Below, in pieces: positions 48,257 through 60,000 of a stretch of 60,000 nt of DNA. This DNA comes from Felis catus. Lineage: Eukaryota. Each line of letters begins with the position of its first letter. Position 1 is the stretch's first letter. Below the pieces are notes generated by a model. That model saw nothing but the letters and a program-made list of their open reading frames with translations. It had not been told where the DNA came from and ran no database searches. The translations under genes and the position numbers were made by a program. The stretch lies in assembly GCF_018350175.1 (NCBI RefSeq), contig NC_058383.1:19346001-19406000 (forward strand). The letters run 5' to 3'.

Positions 48257-50446
48257 TCAGCGTTCGCTGTTGAAAACGTTAAGTTCACACCCTTGCGACA
48301 GAAAGCCCTCTGTACGGAGGCCAGGCGGTAAACGGTACGGGTGGAGAACAAATCGGTCTCCTCCTCTCTGGAGAGCCAGGGGCGAGGCGGAGGAAGGAAG
48401 AGACACCAGACCACCAGGTAAAACGTGGCAGGGGTTTGACGGTCAGTGGACTAGTGCCTCACGTGCCTGATCTGCCTCCTTCTGCTGGGCTAGGAACAGA
48501 GGGAACCCGGGCGCCACAACACATGAAACGTTTGCCGTAATAGTGACAATAACTGTAACATCAACAGCCGTAGCGGCTACCAATTGCGAAGCTTTTGTTA
48601 CATACGGGCCACCAAGCTAACCTCTCCACGCACCTTGTCTCACTGCTGCCCCTCACCATCCCGGTGGGTGCCCTTATCTTACAGGCTCAGGGCACCTGTC
48701 TAAGTACCGGGGCGAGGTCACGAAGCCAGCAATGGCAGGGCCCGTTTGGATGAATGACCGTCTTGACTCCAAAGTCTGGGCTCTTCACCACGTGCCCGTG
48801 TTTATTCCCTGCCTGGTACCCACGCGTCGGAAGCAAGTGGTCCCTCGAGCGGGATGAAAGCGAGGTGCTCAGTGGCTGTCCCCTGGTTTGCATGGAACTG
48901 ATGACAGCCGCCTGTGAGAGCTTTGGACACAAAGCTGCCTTGAGGCCACTAAACGTGCTGAAGTGCGTGCTAAGTGCTCATGGATGAAGCATTAAACCTC
49001 TTACGACACTCAGAAAAGGGAACGGCTGGGTCTAGGTTCTGGGCCGGGGGTTCTGGGCCTGACTCCAGCCACCCTGTGTCCCCCCGCAAGACTCTGGGCC
49101 AAAAGCACCCCCCCACCCCCACCCTGCTAATGTGGGAAAATGCGGCCTGGTGAACTGACAAGGTTGCTAAAGGGTTGCAATGAGATAATAGCTATGAATC
49201 AGTGCTCCGTGATTGCTTTTCCAGAGGTCTTGCTTTTCCAGAAAATTTCAAATTGAGATGACAGCATGCTCACCTTTGTGTCTCAGACCCTACTGACTTT
49301 GCCTACGAGAAGATCGGACGTTTAGACCACGAAGCCGCAACGGATACGCTGACGGTTTTCGAGGAGAAGCAACAGACTCTGGGGTGGAGGTCACTGACCT
49401 GCCGCCGGTCCCCCTGCCCCACCGCCCCCCAACAGTGTCTCTCACTTGGTTGGCAGAGTTATAAAATTGGGATCTGGAACGCTCGAAGTCTGGCCAACGC
49501 AGTTAGTTGTAATAATTCCCACTCACGCCTACTGCCTTATACGAACCATGTTGCACATTTATATTCATCTGCCTGGCCCAGAAAGGGTTTTTACCCCGCC
49601 TCAAGGGGTTAATCGACTCATTTGTTTCTCTTTTCACTCACTCGTTTATTCGATGAATATTTATTGTTGAGTACGCTTATGCCAATAAGTGCGTCTGACT
49701 GCTAAATATTAGGGATGGAGGGATGAACCAGGCGGACAGAGTATCTGTTCTCACGGGATTTCTAATCTGGCAACAAAAACAGCCATTTTAGAAGACATTA
49801 CAAGTGCAACAGGCTTCGAGAGGCCAAACCTGGGGCTTGCCAGCCCACGCCTCAAACCTGGTGGCTCTTGGATCACAAGCTTTCCAGAGTAAAGTGACCT
49901 GAGCCCTACCTTTAGGGTCCACACCGTGTATTTTTAAAACCACCTTCCCCTACACCAATTCTGGCGAAACTAGGGCAAGGAAAATCTGAGTCACATGTTA
50001 TATGCTTCAAATACCCGTGTGGTGTTTAGTGTTTGGTACTTTCTTACTGTCCCATTGGACCTTGGGTTGTCTTTTACTAATTTTCATTCAAAGCTAAATT
50101 TATTTATGAAGCGCCTTGGAGTTCGGTCTCAAACATCTATCATTATGAAGAAGTAAATCCATCCTTGCCTTAGGGAGTGGTGACGTAAGGGAAAGGGTAG
50201 CGGCCGTGGAGGCAGAAGGGCACTGGAGGCTGCCTGCCTGTTTCCTTGGCTGTGAGGCACTTGGCAAGCCTCTCGGCATCCGTGTGCCTCACCCGGGCCT
50301 GCCCAGAGCAGGGGCTGGTTGTAGGAAACTGCGCAGGGATGAGGGGATGGAGACAAAGTAACGAACAATGCTGCCAGCCACCTCGAAATGTTGAGGAACC
50401 CTCTCCACCCCCAATCACAAACCAGTTAGAGATAAATGACAAGGAA

Positions 50447-50664
50447 GGGGCGCCTGGGTGGCTCAGTCGGTTAAGCGTCCGACTCGATTTCGGCTCAGGC
50501 CATGATCTCGCGGTTCATGAGTTCGAACCCCTCTGACAGCTCTGAGCCTGGAGCCGGCTTCGGATCCTGTGTATCCCCCTCTCTCTGTTCCTCCCCTGCT
50601 CGTGCTCTGTCCCTATCTGTCTCTCAAAAATAAATAAATGTGAAAGAAAGAAAGAAAGAAAGAG

Positions 50665-50707
<43 letters not shown>

Positions 50708-50712
50708 AAAAG
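50447..50712 (+). mobile_element. Can-SINE with (GAAA)n tail inside an old L1 ORF2 fragment (about 50410-50900)
   Basis: TSD aaatgacaa; downstream aaagcagtgctcggaggaaaatgtatag is L1-like. Confidence 0.85.
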
Positions 50713-51532
50713 AAATGACAATGAAGACATTATACACATAGCAAAATTTGTAGGACAAGGACAAAGCAGTGCTCGGAGGAAAATGTATAGACTTAAAATT
50801 GTTATATTAGAAAATAAGATGGAAATTAAACGGATTAAACATTTAACTTAACAAACCGAAGTTGTAACGTGGAGGTGGGGAGAGAACCAAAGCAATAAAT
50901 TAAAGCAAAACATTTAGGTAAAGGATCAAATGAAAGTAGAAACGAACTGAAATAGAGGCCAATAAGTGAATGAGTGGATGAATAAATAAATGATGTAATA
51001 AAGTATACAGGCTCAAAAAACAAAAGCCAGGCACAGTTTGGCTGGGGAGGTGGAGAGAGCCTTTCATATTTTACACGTTCCGAATTGTCTGAATCTTTTC
51101 TAATGAGAAGGCACTCATATGTTAGGTGTTATGTTAAATAATACGAAATCATGTAAAAATACCTAAGAAATCCTAAGTAGGCTACAAATGCAAGAAATGA
51201 ATGACGTCATTTATTCCAAAAGCGATGCAGAGGTCGGTTATTCTTTCCTTTCATTGAGACTGAAAACGATGCTTTAGTAACTCGGATACCATCCGGTGTC
51301 GTCACGTACAGAAATGCTCTCTTGGGTAAAAGAATCACTACATCTCGCACTTCTGGACCCGCATTTCGTGGGCCGTTGGTGCCTGTTCAGCATCATTCCA
51401 CATGAATCATTCCTGCACCGCTGGCCTTGTGCCGTCTGACCCTCCTGCCCGGGACCCTGCCTGATGCCGTCGGCCAGGCTGTCCTTTGGCCTGAGCTGTC
51501 TAGATGGGCATCTCTGGGTGCATTCAAGGGAA

Positions 51533-51551
51533 CCTCGCCCCCTGGTGGCTC
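51533..51551 (-). promoter_or_regulatory. Predicted CTCF-binding motif (AGCCACCAGGGGGCGA)
   Basis: Matches the CTCF core CCASYAGRKGGCR; binding is not shown. Confidence 0.5.
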
Positions 51552-53342
51552 TGAATACCAGAGAGGCTAACTCAAGTGCCACTGAGAACGGAGAAAGGGC
51601 TCCGCTTCCTGTCATCAGGAACAGACGAAGCTATCCAAACCGGAAGTTGCAAGCTGGCGGTCTCGGGCCAAACCAGCCATGCATTCCGTTTGCTCGACAG
51701 AAAATAACGAACCCGTCATCAACATTAAAAAAAAGCAAAAACAAAGCGGGGAGAAGCCGAACACCAAGAAACCCAAACACCTGGCTTCTCTTGAAACTGG
51801 AAAGCCCGGTACCCCTGGGCCCTTGTGTCCACACGACTGCCCAGCTGTGTCAATATATCCCCACCGGTCCCTGCCGTGCCCGGACACCCAGGCCAAGGGC
51901 GGTGCTTGTTACTTGCCTGCCTCACTCCTGTCATTTAAAATACTCATTTCAGTTGGCACCATGTGCCAGATATCCCAGTATTTCAGGATCCAAACTCCAT
52001 CCCCCACACTGATTTTTCTACCACAAGCAGCAAAGAGTCTTGTCAGCTTATGTGTTAGACTCCAAACTCTGACTCATAGTTTGGAAAATACTGTCACCGG
52101 GACGTGATGACTGAACTCAGCTTGTGTGGGCTGGGCCCGGGTGCCTAATCAATATCTATACCAGCCCCTCGTTCACTGACCACACCAGCCAATGATTCAA
52201 TTCACTGGCTTAATGAAGATTTATTTGCAAACGGACTCTATGCCAGGCGCTTTTCTAGGGACCAGAGATCCTGCAGGCAGAGACGATGCACATCTCTGCC
52301 ATCATGAAGCTTAGATCTGGGGTGAAGGAAGGGTGTTGCAAGCCCTGAATATGTAACTTTCTTACTACCTACAGAAAGAGTCCCCGGGGTGAGTGGACAC
52401 TCGATGAACATTATGTAACCTCGACTCCTACGGATATTGTCAGCAGGAACAGAGTTTTCCTATAAACTCCATCAAGTCTTTACAATTTCAGAGCTGACAG
52501 GCACAGGAAATATCTAATCCACCCCTTCTTGGTGGCTGAGAGGAAAGGGGGTCCTGAAGGAGTGAGACCTGGCCAAGGCCCCAAAGTTTATGGAAAGCCC
52601 AAAATACCCTCTCGAGGCTTACTGACTCTCAGCCACTAGCTCCTTTTGGCTCTGTGAAAAGGAGTCACAAGCTCCAACGTCTTCAGATGATGTAATGTAG
52701 CATAACATGGCAATGGAGGGTGAGTGTCACACATTAGGGAGCGGTGGGGACCAGGGCAGATGGGAGAGTGCGTGCTCAGAAGAAAAGTTTTCTAATTCAA
52801 AACAGAACAGGACTTCCAGGGAGGGTGGCAGAGGAGGAGGGCTTTAAGCTCACTTCGTCTCACACATACAACTAGATAACACCCGCATCGGTGTAAATAA
52901 CCCAGAAAAAAATGACCCAAAAGCTGGCAGAACAGGCGGCTAAATACAGAGCAGAGGCCACGTCGAAGAAAGGAGGAAGAACAGAGACAGTCAGGAGCTA
53001 AACACACCCGCAGGACTGTCCGTGAGAGGGACCGAGGGAGGGATGCTGTAGGTGCAGAGAAGGGAGAGAAACAGACCCTCGCACCAGGCACCCCAAGCGT
53101 GGGGAACCTGCGCAGGGAAGATGAGTCCCCATAGCATCTGGCTTTGAAAACCGGAGGGGCCAAACCTTGTGGGTTCTTATAATCGGTGAGACTTAATCAC
53201 CTGGAACTTTAAAGATCAGTGGCTCAGCTCTGGGAGAACCAAGAAGGCGAGAGGAAACTGAGTTCCTGCCCTTAAAGAGACAGCACAACAAACATGCTTG
53301 TGGAGATACAGCGCAGAAGCAGCAGTTTGAAAAATGCCTGGG

Positions 53343-53569
53343 GGGGCGCCTGGGTGGCGCAGTGGGTTGAGCGTCCGACTTCAGCCAGGTCACGATCTCG
53401 CGGTCCGTGAGTTCGAGCCCCGCGTCAGGCTCTGGGCTGATGGCTCAGAGCCTGGAGCCTGTTTCCAATTCTGTGTCTCCCTCTCTCTCTGCCCCTCCCC
53501 CGTTCATGCTCTGTCTCTCTCTGTCCCCAAAATAAATAAACGTTGAAAAAAAAAAATTAAAAAAAAAAA
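53343..53569 (+). mobile_element. Young SINEC_Fc-type SINE in the L1 5' UTR
   Basis: TSD aaaaatgcctgggg. Confidence 0.95.
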
Positions 53570-54955
53570 TGCCTGGGGTGTACACGAGGGAGACTTGTTT
53601 ATTCATCTCAGAGTGTGGGCTGGAGGGGCAGGGACCTTTAGGAGGCTTCTCCAGGAACAAAGGAGATGGCCAATGCCATTTCCCTCCAGCCTGGACCTGT
53701 GGATGCCTGTGGGAAGGGCACAGTGCCAACAATTCCCACCTAGCTTGCTAACAGTGTGCTGGCCCCGACGTTCTCCTGTGGACACGCCCCCTTCAATATG
53801 CCCTTGGCCGGAACCCGTCCAAAGTGTTGCCACCAGCCCGGTAGTGTGTAAACAGCCCCACGAGGGGCTAGTGGCACTAAAAGTGACTCCTGCCCCGGGG
53901 GCAGGGGGGAGATAACCACATACACCACTCCAACTGCAGACCCGGCAGCGGACTGGGGGCAGACATCCGGTCTGACCGCAGGCCCTGCCCACCAACAAAA
54001 GCCTCTTAGGGGACAACACAGGGAAAGCATCCTGCAGTTCAGTGCTACTGCATCTCTGGCAAATGCCTGGTCTGACTCAACCCAAGCCCCAGGTAGCCCC
54101 ACGCTGGCCGACTAACAACACAGGGAACAAACCCTGCCCTAAACAGGCAAAGAGAGCCACTGAAGATAACTGGACTGAAGGGAACAGTGGCTCGGCCACA
54201 ACAGCAGGGGGCATGCAACACATAGGAGACACCCCTGAAGCACCAGGTTCCAGAAAACCGGGGACACTGAGCTGAGGGGTCACTGTAGGGCCTCTTCTTC
54301 AAAAGGCCACTACTTTCAAGAGCAAGAGATATAGCTGAGTTTTGTAACACGCAGAAGCAGACACAGAGAGACAAAATGAGGAAGCAGAGGAATATTCCCA
54401 AATGAAAGAATGGGACAAAGTCACAGCAAGAGACATAAATGGAACAGAGAGAAGTAGCCTGCCTGGTAGAGAATTTCAAATAACAGTTCAGAAGATACTC
54501 ACCAGACTTAAGAGTGGGGGGACTTCACTGAGACTCGACAAAGAAATAGGAAGCACAAATGAACCAATCAGAGGTGAAGAACTCAATAACTGAAATGAGA
54601 AACACACTAGAGGGAATAAACATTAGACTAGAAGAAGGAGAAGAATGGATTAGCAAACTAGAGGACGGAGTCACGGAAAGCAATCGAGGTGAACAGGAGA
54701 GAGAGAAAAGAATAATAATAAAAAATGACAGTAGATTAAGGGAACTCAGCAACACCATCAAGCCTAATAACAGTCACAATATGGGGATCCCAGAAGGAGA
54801 AGAGAGAAAATTTATTTGAAGACATAATTGCTGAAAACTGGGGAGGCACAGAGAGCCTCCAACAAAATCAACCCAATGAGGTTCACCTCAAGACATACAG
54901 TAATTAAAGTAGCAAAAAGTAGTGATGATGAGATAACTTTAAAAGCAGCAAGGGA

Positions 54956-56621
54956 GAAATAGAAAAACATTCCATGCTCACGGATTGGAAGAACGAATAT
55001 CGTTAAAATGTCGATACTAATTCAAAGCAATCTACATATTCAATGCAATCCTGTCAAAATAACACCAGCATTCTTCACAGAGCTAGAACCAACAATCCTA
55101 AAATTTGAATGGAACCAGAAAAGACCCCGAATAGTCAAAGTGATGTTGAAAAAGAAAAACAAAGCGGGAGGCATCATAACTCCAGACTTCAAGCTACATC
55201 CCAAAGCTGTAATCATCAAGACAGTATGGTACTGGCACAAGAACAGACTCACAGATCAGTGGAACAGAATAGAGAACCCAGAAATGGATACACAAATGTA
55301 TGGCCTAATCTATGACAAAGCAGGGAAGAATATTCAATGGAAAAAAGATAGTCTCTTCAGCAAATGGTGTTGGTAAAACAGCGACACAGAAAAATGAACC
55401 TGGACCACTTTCTTACACCAGACACAAAAATAAACTCAAAATGGATGAAAGACCTAGATGTAAGACAGGAAGCCATCGAAAGCCTAGAGGAAAAAACAGG
55501 CAACAACCTCTTTGACCTCGGCTGCACCAACTTCTTACCTGACATGTCTCCAGAGGCAAGGGAAACAAAAGCAAAAATGAACTACTGGGACCTCATCAAG
55601 ATAAAAAGCTTCTACACAGCTAAGGAAACGATCAGTGAAACTAAAAGGCAACCGACAGAATGGGAGAAGATATTTACAAATGACATATCAGATAAAGGGT
55701 TGGTACCCAAAATCTATAAAGAACTTACCAAACAACACCCGAAAAAGAAATAATCCAGTGAAGAAGTGGGCAAAAGACATGCATAGACACTTTTCCAAAG
55801 AAGACATCCAGATGGCCAACCAACACATGAAAAAATGCCCAACATCACTCTTCATCAGGAAACTACAAATCAAAACCACAATGAGATACCACCTCACACT
55901 TGTCAGAATAGCTAAAATTAACAACTCAGGGAACTACAGATGTTGGTGAGGATGTGGAAAAAGGGGAATTTGCACTGCTTTTCGGAATGCAAACCGGTGC
56001 ACTCTGGAAAGCAGTATGGTGGCTCCTCAAAAAATTAAAAATAGAACTACCCTACAACCCAGCAATTGCACTACTAAGTATTTACCCAAAGGATAAAAAA
56101 AAAAAAGCTAACTAGAAGGGGCACATGCACCCCAATGTTCACAGCAGCACTACTGACAATAGCCAAATTATGGAAAGAGCCCAAATGTTCATTGACTGAC
56201 AAACGGATAAAGAAGATGTAGTATATATATATATATGGAATATTACTCGGTGATCAAAAAGAATGAAATTGTGCCATTTGCAACAATGTGGATGGAGCTA
56301 GAGTGTATTATATTAAGTGAATTGAGTCAGAAAAAGACAAATATCATATGATTTCACAAATATGTGGAATTTAAGAAACAAAACAGATGAACACAGAGGA
56401 AGGGAAGCAAAAATAAGATAAAAACAGAGGGAGACAAACCATAAGAGACTCTTAAACACAGAGAACAAAGGGAGGGTTGCTGGAGGGGTACTGGGTGGGA
56501 GGATGGACATTAAGGAAGACACCTGTTAGGATGAGCACTGGGTGTTATATGTAAGTGATGGATCACTAAATTCTATTCCTGGAAAAATAAAAAGAAATAA
56601 AGACAAAAACTTTAAAATGTA
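54956..56621 (+). mobile_element. Second, 5'-truncated L1 (ORF2 C-terminus plus 3' UTR) inserted in ORF1 of the first
   Basis: FFTELEPTILKFEWNQKRPRI...; TSD aaaag(c/t)agcaaggga at 54941-54955 and 56622-56636. Confidence 0.9.
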
Positions 56622-58380
56622 AAAAGTAGCAAGGGAAAAGAAAACAGTCATGTACAAGGGAAACCCCAGAAGGCTTTCAGCAGATTTCTTAGCAGAGACC
56701 TCTTAGGCCAGAAAGAGTGGTATGATACATTCAAAGTGCTCAAAACAAAACAACCTGCCACCAAGGACACTCTATCCAGCAAGGCTATCATTCATAATAG
56801 AAGGAGAGATAAAGAGTTTCCTAGACAAAAGTTAAAGAAATTCATGACCACTAAACCAGCCCTACAAGAAATGTTAAAAGGGGACTCTCTGAGTGAAAAG
56901 GAAAGACCGGAAGTAAGAGTCAGAAAAGTAGGGAGCACAAAAACAGTAAAATTAAGTACATCGGTAAAAATCAGTCAAGGGATTCACAAAATAAAAGGAT
57001 GTGAAGTATGATACCATATACCCAAAACTGGGGGGGGCGGGGAGGGGTGAGAGGATTAAAGAATGGGTTCAAACATAAGCAACCGTCAACTTTATGATAT
57101 AGAGTGCATATGCATACGATGTTACATACAAATCTTTGATTTGGTAGCCACAAATAAACAAAACCAGTAACAGCTAAGCAACAAATAAAGAGAAAGGAAT
57201 CCAAGTATACTAAAGAAAGCCAGCTAACAGTGAGAAAAAAAAAAAAAAAAGAGCAAGAGAAGAGTAAGAACATACTTATCAACAATTACTTTGGAACAAA
57301 TGGTCCAATGAAAAGACACAGGGTATCAGAGTGGATAAACAAACAAGACCCATCCATATGCTGCCTACAAGAGGCTCATTTCAGACCTAAAGACACATGT
57401 AGCTTAAAAGGAAAGGGAAGGAAGAGCATTTATCATGCAAGAGGAAGTGAAAAGAAAGCTTTGGGTAGCAGCAATACTTACATCAGACAAAACAGACTTT
57501 AAAACAAAGACTGTAACAAGAAACAAAGAAGGACACTATATAATCATAAAGGGAACGATTCACCAAGAAGCTATAACAATTATAAATATTTACATACCCA
57601 ACATAGGAGCACCCAAATACACAAAGCAGCTAATAACAAACATAAAGGAAGTAATTGATAGTAATATAATAGTAGGGGACTTTAACACCATACTTGTATC
57701 AATGGATAGATCATCTAAACAGAAAGCAACAAGGAGACAGTGGCTTTGAATGACATTGGACCAGATGGATCTAACAGATATAATCAGAATATTACATCCT
57801 GAAGCAGCAGAATACCCAATCTTTTCAAATACATATAGAACATTTTCCAGAATACGTCATCTATTAGGCCACAAAACAAGTCTCAACAAATTTAAAAAGA
57901 CTGAAGTCCTACCATGCATCTTTTCTGACCACGATGCTTTTGTAAAACTAGAAATGAACCATGAGGAAAAAAATCTAGAAAGAACACAAATATATGGAGG
58001 TTAAATAACATGCTGCTAAACAGTGAATGGGCTAACCAAGAATTCAGAGGAAATAAAAAAATAGATGGAGACAAGTGAAAATGAAAACACAATGGCCCCA
58101 AACTCTTGGGATGCAGCAAAGCTGTTCCAAGAGGCAAGTTTATGGCAATACAGATCTACCTCAGAAAGCAAGCAAAATCTCAAATAAACAACCTAATCTT
58201 ACACCTAAAGGAACTATAAAAAAGGACAAACAAAACCCAAAACCATAGAAGGAAGGAAATAACGAAAATTGGAGCACAAATAAATGAAATAGAAACTTAG
58301 AAAACAATAGAATGGATCAACGAAACCAGGAGCTGGTTCTTTGAAAAGGATCAACAAAATTGATATACCTAGCCAGACTC

Positions 58381-58423
<43 letters not shown>

Positions 58424-58470
58424 CTCAGACAAACAAAATCAGAAATGAAAGAGGAGAAATAACAACAGAA

Positions 58471-59068
58471 GGGCACCTGGGTGGCTCAGTTGGTTGAGCG
58501 TCCGACTTCAGCTCAGGTCACGATCTCACGGTTCGTGAGTTCAAGCCCCACACTGGGCTTTGTGCTGACAGCTCAGAGACTGGAGCCTGCTTCGGATTCT
58601 GTGTCTCACTCTCTGCCCCTCCCCTGCTCGTGCTCTGTCTCTCTCTCTCAAAAATAAATAATCATTAAAAAAGAAAGAAAGAACAACAGATACCACTGAA
58701 ACACAAAGGATTATAAGAGAATATTATGCAAAATCGTATCAACAAATTGGACAACCTAGAAGAAATGGATAAATTCCTAGAAACAGATAATCAACCTCCC
58801 AAAACTGAACCAGAGAGAAACAGAAATTTGAACAGACTGGGGTGCCTGGGTGGCTCAGTCAGTTGAGTGTCCAGCTTTGGCTCAGGCCATGATTTCACAG
58901 TTCATGAGTTCAAGCCCCACGTTGGGCTCTGTGCTGATAACTCAGAGCCTGGAGCCTGCTTCAGATTCTGTGTCTCCCTCTCCTTCTCTGCCTCTACCCT
59001 GTTTGTGCTGTCTCTTGCTCTCAAAAACAAGTAGACATTAAAAAAAAAAAAAAAAAAAAAAAAAGAAA
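58471..59068 (+). mobile_element. Two Can-SINEs (58471-58681, 58839-59068) inside L1 ORF2
   Basis: TSDs aacaacaga and gaaatttgaacagactg. Confidence 0.92.
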
Positions 59069-60000
59069 GGAAATTTGAACAGACTGATTACTAGCAATGA
59101 AATTGAATCAGTAATCAAAAAAACTTCCAACAAACAAGTGTCCAGGACCAGATGGCTTCACAGGTGAATTCCACCAAATATTTAAAGAATTAATAGCTAT
59201 TCTTCTCAAAGAATAGAAGAAGGAAAACTGCCAGAAAAAAACAGAAGAGGAAGAAAAACTTCCAAATTCATTCTATGAGGCCAGCATTATCCTGACACCA
59301 AAACCAGATAAAGACACTACCAAAAAAAGAAAATTACAGGCCAATGTCTCTGATGAACACAGATGCAAAAATCCTCAACAAAATGTTAGCAAACTGAATC
59401 CAACAATACCTTAAAGAAATCATTCACCACGATCAAATGGGATTTATTCCTGGGTGGTTCAATACTCACAAATCAATCAACATGATTCACTGCATCAACA
59501 AGAGAAAGGATCAAAACCATATGGTCATTTCAATAGATGCAGAAAAAGCATTTGACAAAGTACAATATTCATTCATGATAAAAACTGTCAACAAAGTAGG
59601 TTTAGAGGAAACATAACTCAACATAATAAAGGCCATATATGAAAAATTCACAGCTAACATCATCCTCTAAAACCTGAGAGCTTTTCCCCTAAGGTTAGGA
59701 AGAAGACAGGGATGTCCACTCTCACCACTTTTATTCAACATAGTACTTTGAAGTCCTAGCCTAAGCAATCAGATAAGAAAAAGAAATAAAAGGCATCCAA
59801 ACGGGTAAGGAACAAATAAAACTTTCACTATTTGCAGATGACATGATACTATATAGAGAAAACCCTAAAGATTGCACTAAAAATTTACTAGCACTGATAC
59901 ATGAATGCAGTAAAGTCACAGGATACAAAATCAATACACACAAATATGTTGCATTTCTATACACTAACAATGAAATAGCAAAAAGAGAAATTAATAACCC

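Larger units (their letters stand above)
52810..60000 (+). mobile_element. Carnivore L1, 5'-complete but degraded (5' UTR, ORF1 from about 54376, ORF2 EN from about 57270, RT FADD motif at 59831-59842); runs past the window end; antisense to KATNIP
   Basis: ORF1-like MNQSEVKNSITEMRNTLEGINIRLEEGEEWISKLED; EN-like QDPSICCLQEAHFRPKD and IIVGDFNT; ctatttgcagatgacatg; many frameshifts. Confidence 0.95.

Noticed and set aside
49274..49302. 29-nt minus-strand micro-exon candidate with AAG|gtgagc donor
   Set aside because: Short polypyrimidine tract, frameshifting, no other support
5205..59041. Recurrent peptides like AQSVKRPTSAQVMISRFVSSSP that look like a gene family
   Set aside because: They are translations of Can-SINE copies
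52810..60000. Possible active full-length L1
   Set aside because: ORF1 and ORF2 have many stops and frameshifts, a nested L1 and three SINE insertions
1..60000. CRISPR array, tRNA/rRNA genes or a novel multi-gene system
   Set aside because: The sequence is mammalian intron/exon DNA; there is no repeat-spacer array, and the tRNA-like segments are SINE heads

Overview
Mammalian genomic DNA, almost certainly felid (about 31 tRNA-derived Can-SINEs of the SINEC_Fc type and carnivore-type L1). The whole window lies inside one minus-strand gene that I recognise from protein similarity as KATNIP (KIAA0556, katanin-interacting ciliary protein). Eight coding exons (42746-42479, 36249-36121, 20872-20700, 19457-19392, 17976-17861, 16495-16393, 12392-12177, and 43-1 which is cut by the window edge) have canonical AG/GT boundaries. 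Their phases match and they splice into one stop-free frame of 1114 nt. The rest is intron, rich in SINEs, L1, MLT1/MLT2 LTRs, hAT transposon fossils, L2/MIR remnants and microsatellites. Nearly all ORFs in the supplied track are spurious or repeat-derived. I found no evidence of a new multi-gene system, CRISPR array or RNA gene. The best leads are nested retrotransposon insertions, inverted SINE pairs that bracket exons (circRNA/editing candidates), a candidate poison exon, a strong CTCF motif and some enhancer-like non-repeat segments. Repeat subfamily names and comparisons to human are from recall, not a search, and repeat boundaries are approximate.
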